A DNA stretch of 64,000 nt from Carcharhinus amblyrhynchos (Eukaryota): positions 53,072,001 through 53,136,000 of the forward strand of contig OZ336881.1 of the NCBI GenBank assembly GCA_965287045.1, in the 5' to 3' direction. The notes beneath the pieces are model-generated. The model was not told the DNA's origin. It did not search any database and saw nothing but the letters and a program-made list of their open reading frames with translations. The position numbers were made by a program, and so were the translations under genes. This document shows, piece by piece, positions 14,924 through 26,082 of this stretch; positions within the stretch are counted from its first letter, which is position 1, and each line of letters opens with the position of its first letter.

Positions 14924-15299
14924 TTTCATCATGTGCTCGCAGAGCCGGAGAGCACATAGAATCTTTGAGCAATTATTTTCTGCACACAATTCCTTCTACG
15001 AAACTATTTGGAAAAACTAGATAGGGAGGTTGGATTTATTTTATCTGGGCCCTTCTCTCTCTACTCAAGGCTGAGAATCTGAAACCAGTTTCACCAGCAG
15101 ACGAAATTCTATTTTCGTCTGATTGACAAAGAAGAATAATAATTATTGCTGTATGCAAGTGGTGAATTAATGCACAGGGAAAGTGAAACTTACAGAGCGG
15201 GATTTTCCCGGCCACGCTCACCTGAAAACCGGAAAATTCTGGTCAATGGAACTTTGCCACCCCGCTATGATTCGCCTGACAAGCAGGATGGGAAAACTC
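14924..15299. repeat. Left arm of long inverted repeat (outer unique-looking sequence plus inner MITE)
   Basis: Reverse complement of 15692-16096, e.g. aattccttctacgaaactatttggaaaaactagatag vs ctatctagtttttccaaatagtttcgtagaaggaatt. Confidence 0.97.
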
Positions 15300-15691
15300 A
15301 TAAGAACAAACGTAACCAACTTGATTTGATGATAATTGTTGTAAAATCCCATTGTTTATCGAATGTTTATGTGGCTTGGCAGATTTTGCCTTTTCCCTGC
15401 TCCCTAACTATTCCTCCTATTCAATTTTTGTTGCACCTCAATTATGGAACGTCCTACTGTTGATGGAAAGATATCAAGTGGTCGACCTGTGGAGTTCACA
15501 AGCCTTTATCTCTTGTAACTGCCAGTTTACAGAGGACAGTCATGTTCAATTACCTAAACTCGAAGTGTCACCATTTTTATAGGGAGCAACTTCATTTTGC
15601 TTCTTCTTTAAGCAAAAACAGTAGTGGGCAAGTCAAGACTCCACAGTATTTTTTTTAAAAAATCAGGATTTCTATTCGGGAACATTATGGG

Positions 15692-16096
15692 GAGAATTTT
15701 CCCATCCTGTTCATCATGGGAATCATAGCGGAGGACGGGGGGATAATGCAAAGTTCTACTGACCTTGGGTGGGATTTCCCGGTTTTCGGGTGAGTGTGGC
15801 CGGAAAATTCCGCTCTGTGCGTTCACATTCCCTGTGCATTAATTCACCACTTTATTCCCTTTCATCCAGCAATAATTACTATTCTTCTTTGTAAATCAGA
15901 CGAAAATAGAATTTCGCCTGCTGGTGAAACTGGTTTCAGAATCTCAGCCTTGAGTAGAGAGAGAAAGGCCCAGATAAAATAAATCCAACCTCTCTATCTA
16001 GTTTTTCCAAATAGTTTCGTAGAAGGAATTGTGTGCAGGAAATAATTGCTCAAAGGCTTTTTATTTGCTCTCCAGCTCTGCGAGCACACGATGAAA
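15692..16096. repeat. Right arm of long inverted repeat
   Basis: Reverse complement of 14924-15299. The ORF track shows near-identical peptides on opposite strands (15036..15221 - and 15794..15982 +). Confidence 0.97.
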
Positions 16097-16860
16097 TGTG
16101 AATAAAAAGAGCTTTCAACAATATCAGTTACTAATGGAGTTGCTCCATATGCCTGCACCCTCATAGGCTTGTGACTGCAGCTCATCAGTGCCAGCGATGG
16201 TTGAAAAGCAGCAACTTACTCTCCAGCTTTACTACAATCACTTGCCCCAGTGCAAAGCCGAGGCAGCTTGGTTGCTTTGCATCTTTCCCGGCTTTGGCAC
16301 ACTTCCCTGGTCGTGTGGTGTAACAGTGGTTGAACAGAATAGAGGAGGGGGGGCCTGGTCTATCAGGAAGGAACATGCTCGAGTCTTAACAGTGTCGAGG
16401 TTATAATGAGGGAAGGAAGACTGAGGAAGATAAGGCATTAAACACAAAGAGAAGAAGAGATAACTTTTACGAGAAGGCAGACTGCAAGAGCAATGCTCAA
16501 CAGTAGCATTTTCAAAGAAGATCACGCCATGACACAAGGCTTATTTAGGAACATAGCTATTAATCTTCAAATCGATGTCAGCAAAAAGACAGGAAAATAT
16601 ACCTTTACATTGGTAATGATACTTTAACCTCTGCTATTTGCCTCTCGCGCTAAAAGCTGTAATAACAGGCTTGAAATTTATTTAAAGGGATACACTAATA
16701 AAAGTGAAAGTGTCCCTTATATCCAGTTGTCCTCATTAAACAGAGATTGCAGGCAGTCAATTGGTGTCTGCAAAAATGGCCCCTAATGAAAAAGCATTTT
16801 CCCACAAAATACATTCCCACTCCCACTAAAAATATAAACTGGGCCCCATTGTTAACTGGG

Positions 16861-17393
16861 GGTGGCAAGGTGGCACAGTGGTTAGCAAGTTTTTTTTCAC
16901 ACAGGAGGTGGTGGGTGCCTGGAACTCACTGCTGGGGGAGGTAGGGGAAGGAGATAAGATCGTGACTTTAAATGGGCGTCTGTACAAATACATAAATAGG
17001 ATGGGAATGGAGGGATATAGTCCCCAGAGGGTAGGGGATTTTAGCTCAGTTGGGCAGCATGGTCAGTGCAGGCTTGGAGGGCCGAAGGGCCTGTTGCTGT
17101 GCTGTAATTTTCTTTGTTCTTTGCTACCTCACAGCGCTAGTGATCCGGGTTCAATTCCCAGCTCGGGTCACTGTCGGTGTGGAATTTGCACATTCTCCCT
17201 GTGTCTGCATGGGTTTCCTCCGGGTGGTTCAATTTCCTCCCACAGTCCAAAAGATGGGCAGGTTAGGTGTATTGGCCATGCTAAATTGTCCCTCAGCGTA
17301 CCTGAATAGGCACTGGAGTGTGGCGACGAGGGGATTTTATAGTAACTTCATTGAAGTGTGAATGTAAGCCTATTTGTGACTAATAAATAAACT
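16861..17393 (+). mobile_element. HE1-like V-SINE (tail type A) interrupted by a CR1 fragment
   Basis: Head ggtggcacagtggttagca at 16861-16887; resumes ~17122 (tgctacctcacagcg...gggttcaattcc); V-domain gggtttcctccgggtg; tail gtaagcctatttgtgactaataaataaac. Confidence 0.9.
16888..17121 (+). mobile_element. CR1-clade LINE 3' fragment nested in a SINE
   Basis: Translates to FFTQEVVGAWNSL..., the typical CR1 ORF2 C-terminus, followed by 3'UTR gggccgaagggcctgttgctgtgctgtaattttctttgttcttt. Confidence 0.88.
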
Positions 17394-17528
17394 AGATCTC
17401 TTCTCGCCTATTTCCAAACAAAAAAGTTTTTCCCTAAAACGGACCTCAATTGTGCTGCAGATTTCAATAAACACGTGCAAGACTTGCTGGTGGTCTTGTT
17501 GGAGAGTTTCATTCACACTTCCACTTAC

Positions 17529-17577
17529 CTCAGAAATAAAATGCACAGGATGTCTTTCACTGTCATACTCCTGCAGT
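17529..17577 (-). other. Putative alternative exon of ESRRG (49 nt, or 42 nt from a second acceptor) with in-frame ATG
   Basis: Acceptor cgttttttttcgcag|; second AG 7 nt downstream; consensus donor GAG|gtaagt. ATG at 17566 reads MTVKDILCILFL-R into exon 2. Confidence 0.55.
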
Positions 17578-19662
17578 CTGCGAAAAAAAACGCCAGGCTC
17601 TACACCTGTTCGGTTTTTGTGCTAAGCATAGAGTGGCATTTCATCACAATCACTGTTTAACTGAATGTTTAGCCTTAGCATCTTGCACCATGCTGTCAGC
17701 TAACAGCGGGGAGTCATGGAGTTGTTGGCACATTTGATTTTACTGCCATTAAGAAAGCGACTTTATACACTGATTGTCCCAGGGCCCGTTTCAGAGACTC
17801 CACGGTAACCACCTTCGCTTTTTTTTATGATGACACTGTGACAAGGTGATTTTATACACTTGGATTTAGTAATAAAGATGTCAGTCAGACTAAGAACCAT
17901 CAGGGCTTAATGAATTCATCTGGGGAGGGGGGGGGATGGTGGGTGGGGGTTGCGGGGAGATGCTGGGGTCTTCTCACACATGTACATTTAAAGGGTCACA
18001 GAGAGATGGAACTAAAGTGTAATTAAAGCCTATTTCATTAGGAGGGGAAGCTGATAGGATATAACAAGACTGTAAAAAAAAAGCCTATTTCCTGTGGCTC
18101 GAGTATGAAAGACATGTCTTTAACCAGATCAGATTCTATAAATTGGTTGTCAAGAAAGGATTGTTGAGATTTATACCCATCTATCAACCTACAGAGGTAG
18201 CTGTGGCAGGGCAGGCTGCTGCGACTCCCATCTGTAAAGCATCTTAAATCTGAAGAAGGCCATCTGCTAGAACAAATGCCTCAAAAGCAAATTTGAGTTA
18301 TTGTTTATTGACTTAAAAAAATTGCAGTGCTCAAATGCTAACTCAGTGAGTAGTTTTGAGACAATTTCTAAATAAAGCTGTTTAAATTCTTCCACAAAAG
18401 ATCTGCAATCTCATTCCTATAAGTGGCAGGACCATTGCATTACTTGCAACATGAATCAGTTCAGCTCTGAGTAATTCATAACATATTTCACTGTGAGCCA
18501 TGATGAAAATACATAAGGCACACACATATACATAAAATACAATGTGCACAGCCTTTAACACAAGTCCAGATTTTGTATAATTTTGCTAATTGACCCACTC
18601 AGTTGGCATTGGCGCTTTCACTTCCTTCCTTACATAATTGACAAAGCACAGGGAAGCATGGTTGCCTCCCTGCACCACAGACAAGATGGAATTTTTTATA
18701 CATTTGATCCACAAATAAGATGTGCTCATTTAACGAACAAGGGTCTTTGCTCGCAGAATTTATTTGGTAGTTACAAAAATTGAGTAACTTAATGCACTCT
18801 CCACACAGCACATGGGTGATAAATGTTAAAATGCTAGCGTTATAAAGGTAGAAAATAACCTGAGAATACGGCTCAAAATATGAATCATCCAAGATGGCTA
18901 GGATCTTAGCATCATGAGCAGCATTTCTAATGAAGCTCAAGTATGTATGTGCTAGTTTACATGCTGCAATTCAGTTCAGTCTATCACTAAGAATATAAAC
19001 CGGGCCCCATTCTTAACTGGGGCACAGAAGCAATGGGCAACATCTTGGGTTTTAGTACAAAATTAGAATTAACTCCGTTTTTGCAGCTACGTGCAATGGT
19101 TTTCTCTTTCCAATTAAGTCCCCATCAAGTTTTGTCATTGCAAAATGTCGCTGCTACTGTACTTAGCTTTGTGAAGAATCTTGCCATCTAATTCAGTGCC
19201 AGAAGGTTTACCCCTGATATATAATCAAGTGGCCCCTGCTGAAAGTGCAAATTATTAATGGAGGAGTGGGAGGGGTCTTCAAAACCCCACCCCTATGCTG
19301 TCAAATGCTGGTCAAGATGAAGCATGCATATTCAATAGCTATCTGAAATACGGGCCAACAACGAAAACAAATGTTTTCACAATCTTTCTTCCTTCTGGAC
19401 AACAGAATAAGAAACTACTTCTTAAATGAGTGTGTTTGTGTGGTGTCTGTGAGTGAATAAGAGAGTAGCTTTCGTGCCAATACAAAATGGCAGAGGTTCC
19501 AGCCGTGTGGTCCACTTCCAATAGTTTTGTACAGAATTTACGTTTAGGCATTTTATTTCACACATAAATAATTGAATAAGTGTTACAGGTTGACCATTCG
19601 AAGAAAGGAAGAGAAGAACAAGTTCAGCTCCAGTTGCTGTGAACAGCCATTCGGTTTGAAAT

Positions 19663-20450
19663 TACAGCAGGATTTTATGGGGTGGTAGTGGTCCCATCCA
19701 CTGGCTGGGACGTGTCGGGGATGGTGGTGGAATGCAGCTTCCACCAGTCATGGAATCCCGGAATGGTGGGATCAATTGCCTGCAGTCGGGGCTTCCGCTC
19801 CTCTCGGGGATGAGGCCCCACCCCTAAGAGCTGTCTGCCAATCGAACATTTGACAGCTCTTCAGTCCCAGCACTAGAGCAGCAGACCCACAGCAGTTGCC
19901 ATGGTGATGGTCCCAGAGTACAAGCAAGTTTGGGGGACTCTCAGGTCTGATCAGGCAGGCCCTGGTGAACGGATGGAGTTGGGGCCATTCATGGGATGTT
20001 GTGTTTTGGGGTGTGGGAGGGTAAGGGACAGGGTGCTGTGGATCTTTCAATGTGGATAAACATTATAAACATTGCCACGGTGAGTGGCGGGAGGAGTTGT
20101 TGGTTTGGGGATCTTCAGTAGGCCGCAGGATGCCCCATCAGAATAGCCCAATCTCTGAGCATGCGAGGAGGCTGCCAAGATCTTCCCAAATGGTCATGTC
20201 CCCACCTGCCTGCTGCTGGTATAAACTAGTGGAAGGGGGGACATATTGGTTGGCCCTTAAGTGACCACTTAAGGTCTTCAATTGGTCCAAGGACAGGTAG
20301 GCTTCCTCACCACTGATAAAATGCCAAATTGGGAAGGAGAAAGGGTCGTCACTCCTGATATTCCACCTTATTTAATACCCCCACCACCCAGCCACACTGC
20401 CTCCCAAGTCACTCCTGGGTAATGGTTTTGTACTCCTGGGAAGATTCTGG
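19663..20450. mobile_element. Degenerate GC-rich non-autonomous DNA element
   Basis: Starts cagcaggatttt, ends aagattctgg; internal palindrome cttaagtgaccacttaag; GC content steps up relative to the flanks. Confidence 0.4.
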
Positions 20451-20590
20451 ATGTTAAACTGAACTGATGTTACATTGCATTGAAATATTAACTGTGAATG
20501 GCATTCTGGAGTCTCACACAAATGGAAATGAAGATACATGAGATTGCACATCCAGATTTCCCATTATCTAAACAATGAAAAAAGCACTCA

Positions 20591-21937
20591 GGCCTGAATT
20601 TTACCAAGGACGGAGATCCTCTCCTTCATTGTGAAAGCAACAGAACAAATCAGGATGTCCTACCGCCAAACACAACACTTGCTATAACTGCAGGGGTGGG
20701 AATGGGCCCAGACCAGGTTTGCACATGTGCATTTTGTGGCCATATAAAGCAGCAATTGTTTCCAGTCATATTTGATTTTTGTTGGCCAAGAGTGGGAAAC
20801 ATGGCATGTGCAGATTAAACCGGTAAAAGTAGGTCTAAACTTTGTGCAGTTAGTGTGTCCTTTTGGGGAGGTAGTCTACCCCTTTGGATATGGCTCCATG
20901 ACACTGTTGGGGGAGGTAAAGTGCCCTTTCAAAAGTACCCTTTGGGGTTGTTAAAAGTGTGCAAAAGTACATAAACCCATTGCAGCTGTCAAGAGAGTTG
21001 TCAAGAGGAACAGGCAAGAGAACTGTCAAAAGCAACTCAAGGGATGACAAGGCCTTTAAAACTCCTGCCCTTTAAATCTTTGAAAAAGCAGTACGAACTA
21101 TTAAAGTAAAGTTGATTGTTATTTCACTCTGTCCATTGACATAAGCCTAAGGACTTTCATTACTAGATGTGCCGCATGACCGACTTCACAACCTTCCATT
21201 ATCATGTGGGGTGTCTCCCATTTCAGTTTTATTGACAGCTCCAAGTGCCTCCAGACTCAGGGACTTTGAATTCCAATGACTTGTTTTTATATAAGGGACT
21301 AAAGCATTTTAATGAAATGTTTGTTCTTAACCAGGGATGTAAATTTTAGTGAATGGATTATACAGGTGAGAACTCCTTAACAGAAAGTCTGAAATAGACA
21401 CTTGGAACTTTATCTTATTTAATACCGACACAGCTTTTGAGGTCTGCCATGGTGGATACTGGATGAGTTGGCATGGTAGGTGTTAGAGCAAGGGGAACAT
21501 GGGTTGGCACTAAGTTAGCACTAACTTGGCATGGGGTGATAAGGGCCACGTGAGTGTTGAGAGGGTGGTGTTTACATGGAGAGTATGAGGGGTTATGAGG
21601 GGTGGGTAGAGGTGGCAGGGGTTGGCATGGATGGAGAATATGTGGTGGTCAGGGTGGCTCAGGGGATGTGAAAAGTCAGAGTTGAGTGCTGCTTATTGTT
21701 TAAACACTTTTTGAAAAATTTTTGACAAAGCGCCGGTGCACTGAGGCCAGCTTTCCGTGCCATTCACCTCTGTATCTGACAGCTTCTGCATTTGTTCCGG
21801 GATCACCCGTCCTGACGGAATCCTACGACCCCGAAACAAACATTGCAACTTCCAGGGAACTTTCTCCTGGGTCAGGTTTGCAGAGCCGAGAAATGCCCTA
21901 ACTCTGCACTCCCAATCCAAGAACAAAAATTCATGCC
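20591..21937. mobile_element. Non-autonomous Harbinger-type DNA transposon (1347 bp)
   Basis: TIRs ggcctgaatttt / aaaattcatgcc (11/12 match) flanked by a TCA target-site duplication (20588-20590, 21938-21940); a related copy lies at ~46625-47880. Confidence 0.75.
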
Positions 21938-22502
21938 TCACGTCCACTTTTGCAAGAGGTATACTTGTACTTAGTATAAGTTTGATTGTAAATCCAATGG
22001 AACAACTTATATTTCCTAACACATACAAGGCTCTATTGTGTTCCAGTTCACAATGTGATCACTATTACATTATTTGTTACAGTGTTAATGTAAGTCTACT
22101 TGTGACTAATAAATAATAAATTAAAAACTTCCTTATTTGCAGCATGACCTGTACGTATAGATTCCACAACATTCAAATAGACTTCATATTAGTCCAACAT
22201 TCTACTATCTTGTAGTTTGTAAGGTACATCAAAATATAGTCAACTTATCTATTACTTTAGATTTATACTTTCATGCTTATCAATATAAGCAGTGTGAAAT
22301 ATAACTCCTGTAATTGCATTACATTTTTAAGTTCCAAACTAATTTTTTCATGGTTAGTTTAATAGTTAAGTATTAGATTGCAGCAGATTTAAATTGTGCC
22401 TACAAATTTATCATGTGCTATTATTTCTACCTTCCCCTCGCATACTTGGGTGGAATTCTCCAACGAAAAAGGCAAAGTGTCAGGTTCAGTTAGAAAATTA
22501 TT

Positions 22503-22762
22503 AGGTGGAATTTTCCAGTCCCGCCCGCCACAGGAATCATAGTGAGTGGGGGCAGACCATCCATTGATCTGAGGCGGGAATTTCCGGCATTGGGGGCAAG
22601 CACTGCTATTGTGTTCCCCCACCATCCCCCCCGCCAAGAAACCAGCAAGTTTCCCGACAAGGGCCGAATTCTCCGGCCATTCACACCCTGCCGCCAAATC
22701 TCTGCTCACTGCAGCAGGACCAGAAAATCCCACTGGCGTGAACAGGTGGAGAATCCCGCCCA
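22503..22762. mobile_element. Adjacent or nested short palindromic MITEs
   Basis: ggtggaattttccagtcccgcccgccacaggaatcatag (similar to 15692-15816) and gggccgaattctcc...ggagaatcccgccc. Confidence 0.6.
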
Positions 22763-23139
22763 AGATTTTCAGATTGTGACCTTTCGTCACAACTTACATC
22801 ACAACCAATTTTCCGCCTCCCGTCCTCCAGGCCTTTGGTGGGTTTCTGGTAGCGGGAGGTATGTTGTCATTGGCCTGTGGGTTCTCCGGTGACACAGCGA
22901 CAAGCAATGCAAACGAGCATTGATTTCGGTAGGACCAAAGTTCTTGCCACCAGCCAATGCTGAGCTGCCTCTGCCACGGGATATCCGGAAAATCCTAACC
23001 ATTAACTTTATTTCTCCCTCCAGAGATTCTACCAGAATTACTTCTTATTAATGATTTGAAACACACATAAATTTCACAAAAGTCTATAAGCATAATTTTA
23101 ACAACCTTTCCAGTAGTATCAGATCACAACTGTTAAGCG

Positions 23140-23262
23140 ATCTCATGGTATGAGCTTGCTGCACGTAAAGAGTCATGTTTGCCTACATTACAACAATGGT
23201 TACAATTTTAAAAATCAATCACTGGTTGTAAAGTGTTTTGACCCTGAGGATTTTTCCTTTCT
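23140..23262 (+). mobile_element. Old DeuSINE/SacSINE1-like 3' fragment
   Basis: cttgctgcacgtaaa...tttgcctacattacaacaatggttaca...actggttgtaaagtgttttg resembles the shark DeuSINE tail as recalled. Confidence 0.5.
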
Positions 23263-23729
23263 TTATGAATAATCCTGATCTTCAGTGTATAATCGCTTAA
23301 GATACACATTTGCTCATCCTTCCTTGCAGAGGCTTTGGTAGAACGTGTTGGTTCAGTAATAGTATAGTGCGCAAATGACACTATTTTCTAAATTCCATTT
23401 CTTCCAAATGTTCTTAGGGATCTTTCAAAAAAAAAGACTGGGGGCTAAATTGAACGTTCCCTGAAAATAGGTGTGGGGATCACAAAGCCTGATATATCCA
23501 TACCCGCAGATTGCAAAATCAGCAGGCATGCCAAATTAGTGCTGTCTGCACTGTTCAGAAATGTATTGGTCCAGCCAGTGCTAACCATGCTGTTCTTCGA
23601 CTAGGGGCATCAGCTGGGGATCAATATCATGAAGAACCACCGAGCAATATTAAAACGAGCCTGCAGCCTTAAAAGGTGGGGCAGTGCTGAGTGTCACGGT
23701 TGAAGAGAATTTGACCTAGAAAGAATAAG

Positions 23730-24950
23730 CATGACACAACCAAAATGATACGGGGTCTCCAAAGTTTTCAGACGCTGCACTGGAGATTCTGGTGTAGAAG
23801 GTAGAAAGGAGGAACGATGTCCTGTGTCCACTAGGGGAATGGCTGCACCATCCACATTCTCAAAAAGTATTAGGAGCAGGTAACCTTGGAAGCTAATGCC
23901 TGGTGGTCACTGTCTTGAGGTCAATGCCAGGAATCAGTAGGACGTTCCATAGTTAAGGACCTGGATGCGGTGATGCAAAAAGTTCAATGACCTCACACAA
24001 ATGGCCAACCAGCAAGGATGGCAAAGGCCAAGGCTTGCTTTCACATTCGCATCCATCAGCTCAGATACTGACACTCAGCATACCTTAGAGAATGCATTAG
24101 AGGAGGGATCTACATATGATGAGACGCTGGGTACAAGTGGGCTGTAATCAGGGCTGGGACAAGGACAGCACAAGTGCCAACTCAAACAGAGGGTGAGGTC
24201 TCACATGACTTCCACTGCAGAGGACTCAGATGGGGACTTCACAGAGGCAGAAGAACACTGATCACGATGCACCACAGAATGTCCGGGGCATTGGCAAGCC
24301 TGCCAGAAAGCCCACATTCAAAATCAAAGATCATGGAGATGTGCAGCACCAGTCTGGTACAGGGTTGTGCGCAGACCTTGGAAGTGACGGCCAACTCTGT
24401 TTTCACAGGGTTCGATCCAACCATGATGCAGCTTCCATAGCTACCAGACAGCAACCAACCAATGTCAGAGTGCTGCAGGGAGAGCTCAGACTGTTGTCAC
24501 GCAAGGTTAACTTACTGCCATGCAAGCGCAGGCTGCTGTCACCGAGGCTATGGATTAGTGTTCAATGAGATTTGCAGAGTGTCAGAGCCATTCAGAAATC
24601 TGTGTTCCAACAGATCAGTCAGATTACTAAGGTGTTGCCTTGGGGCATGGCAGTGACTTCATGGAGAATGTACTTGCTATCCTCTCTCAGAATGACAGCA
24701 TTTGCCCTCCCGCCCCTGTCACTCTGCCCATGTCTTGCTGATGCCAGCCTGCCACACTGCTGCTACCCGTACAGAGATGTTGCACTCCACAGCCAGCAGG
24801 CTAGAGATGCCCAAAGTTATTCTTCAAAGCTACCCGTAGTTTCCTTTACTGAAAGTCAGTGGCCTCTCTCCAGCTATGCTGCTGCCAAAAGGGTGGCACT
24901 ATGTAGCAATGGGACAGACTAAGGCACATGGAAGATAAGCACTAAGTGAA
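23730..24950 (+). pseudogene. Harbinger Myb/SANT-like (NAIF1/MSANTD-like) DNA-binding protein relic
   Basis: PKFSDAALEILV*KVERRNDVL at ~23760, and aggacctggatgcggtgatgcaaaaagttcaatgacctc (RTWM..KKFNDLT) at ~23960; stops and frameshifts. Confidence 0.7.
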
Positions 24951-25569
24951 GCGCAAAGTGGGAGTGGTGAACATTTGCATATGATATGGCATGATTTCAT
25001 TTACAAATTTCATTTGGAATGTTTACTTTGTGCTGAATTTTATTTTTGCATTGTGACCAAGGGGATACTGTGAAGGTCATTGATGGAGGGCAGACAAGAA
25101 TACGGGGCTGTTGGTGAGTGATAGATTAGGATCCTGGCATTGCTGTTGAATGAGTTTGTCATGGGCAGCCCAGGCAGAAAGATTCCATTCCCCTTGTTCC
25201 TCCTCCTCTCGTATACCTGCCTCTCGGCTGGTTGCTGTATAGCTGGTTACATGGGCCATTCCCTCATGCTGAAGAGGTTGAATAGCATCCAGCAGACCAC
25301 CGTGAAGTCGAATATTGTAGTGTTCCTCCAAAGTGGTATGGGCAACATAAGCATGCCAATGCTTTGCTCTATCACACTGCATATGGTAGTGTGGCTTTCA
25401 TTGCTGGTATGCTGCGATTGTCAATTGTCGCAGAATGAAGGCATCACAATAACCGCCAACATTCTCTGCATTGAGCTGCATGATTCACTACATTTGGTCT
25501 TGCATTATCTGGACCTTGCAGGTAGTGTAATCTCTTTCAGTTCTGGACAGAAGTGACATGTTGAGTAGA

Positions 25570-25672
25570 GTTTAGATGAAAGGTCATCGCCCCGATGCAT
25601 TAATGCTGTTTCTTACCACAGATGCTGCCTGACCTGCTGAGTATTTCCATCACTTTCTATTTTCATTTCAGA
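25570..25672 (+). repeat. Penelope-terminus-like short dispersed repeat
   Basis: gatgaaaggtcatc...ccacagatgctgcctgacctgctgagtatttcca...ttttcatttcaga; related degenerate pieces at ~27795-27900 and ~6232-6285 (reverse). Confidence 0.5.
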
Positions 25673-25954
25673 GTTTAAGTGTGTTCCTGCAGGGCCGTGT
25701 GTGTGTAGTGGATGGTACCTTGCATCTTGGGGAAGTGTTGCATATTCACTCTACCTGCTCATCTCTTTTTGAGTAGAGAGTGTCAATGACCTCCCTTGTG
25801 TAACAGCAGATAACAAACTGCAAGTTGTTGCACATTTCTTCAGCTGCAGCCTGGAAGGAGTTAGGCGCGTAAAAGTCATGGTCACCGTGACAGTGGCTGC
25901 AATGAGGCCCTTCCCCTGCTCGGAGGTTGCAGTTATGACTGCAATTGGTGACTG

Positions 25955-26082
25955 ATTTCAGTGAATTCTACCATCTCGCCCGCCACGGAACCGGAGTGAG
26001 CGAGGGGTAGACAATGGAAATGTCTATTGAACTTGGGTGGGAATTTCCAGTCTCGCTCCAGCGAGGCCTTAAAATCCCACCC
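25955..26082. mobile_element. MITE inserted in the Harbinger transposase relic
   Basis: gaattctaccatctcgcccgccacggaa...ttaaaatcccaccca; the transposase reading continues on both sides (VFGEQFFYFILSRKQ | TEISHQLQ). Confidence 0.65.

Noticed and set aside
15760-15768. CCAAGGTCA sites (minus strand) at 15760 and 44527
   Set aside because: They lie inside a MITE and a SINE copy and are not shared by sibling copies; probably chance.
15036-15982. Two near-identical ~61-aa ORFs on opposite strands
   Set aside because: By-product of the inverted repeat; no coding evidence.
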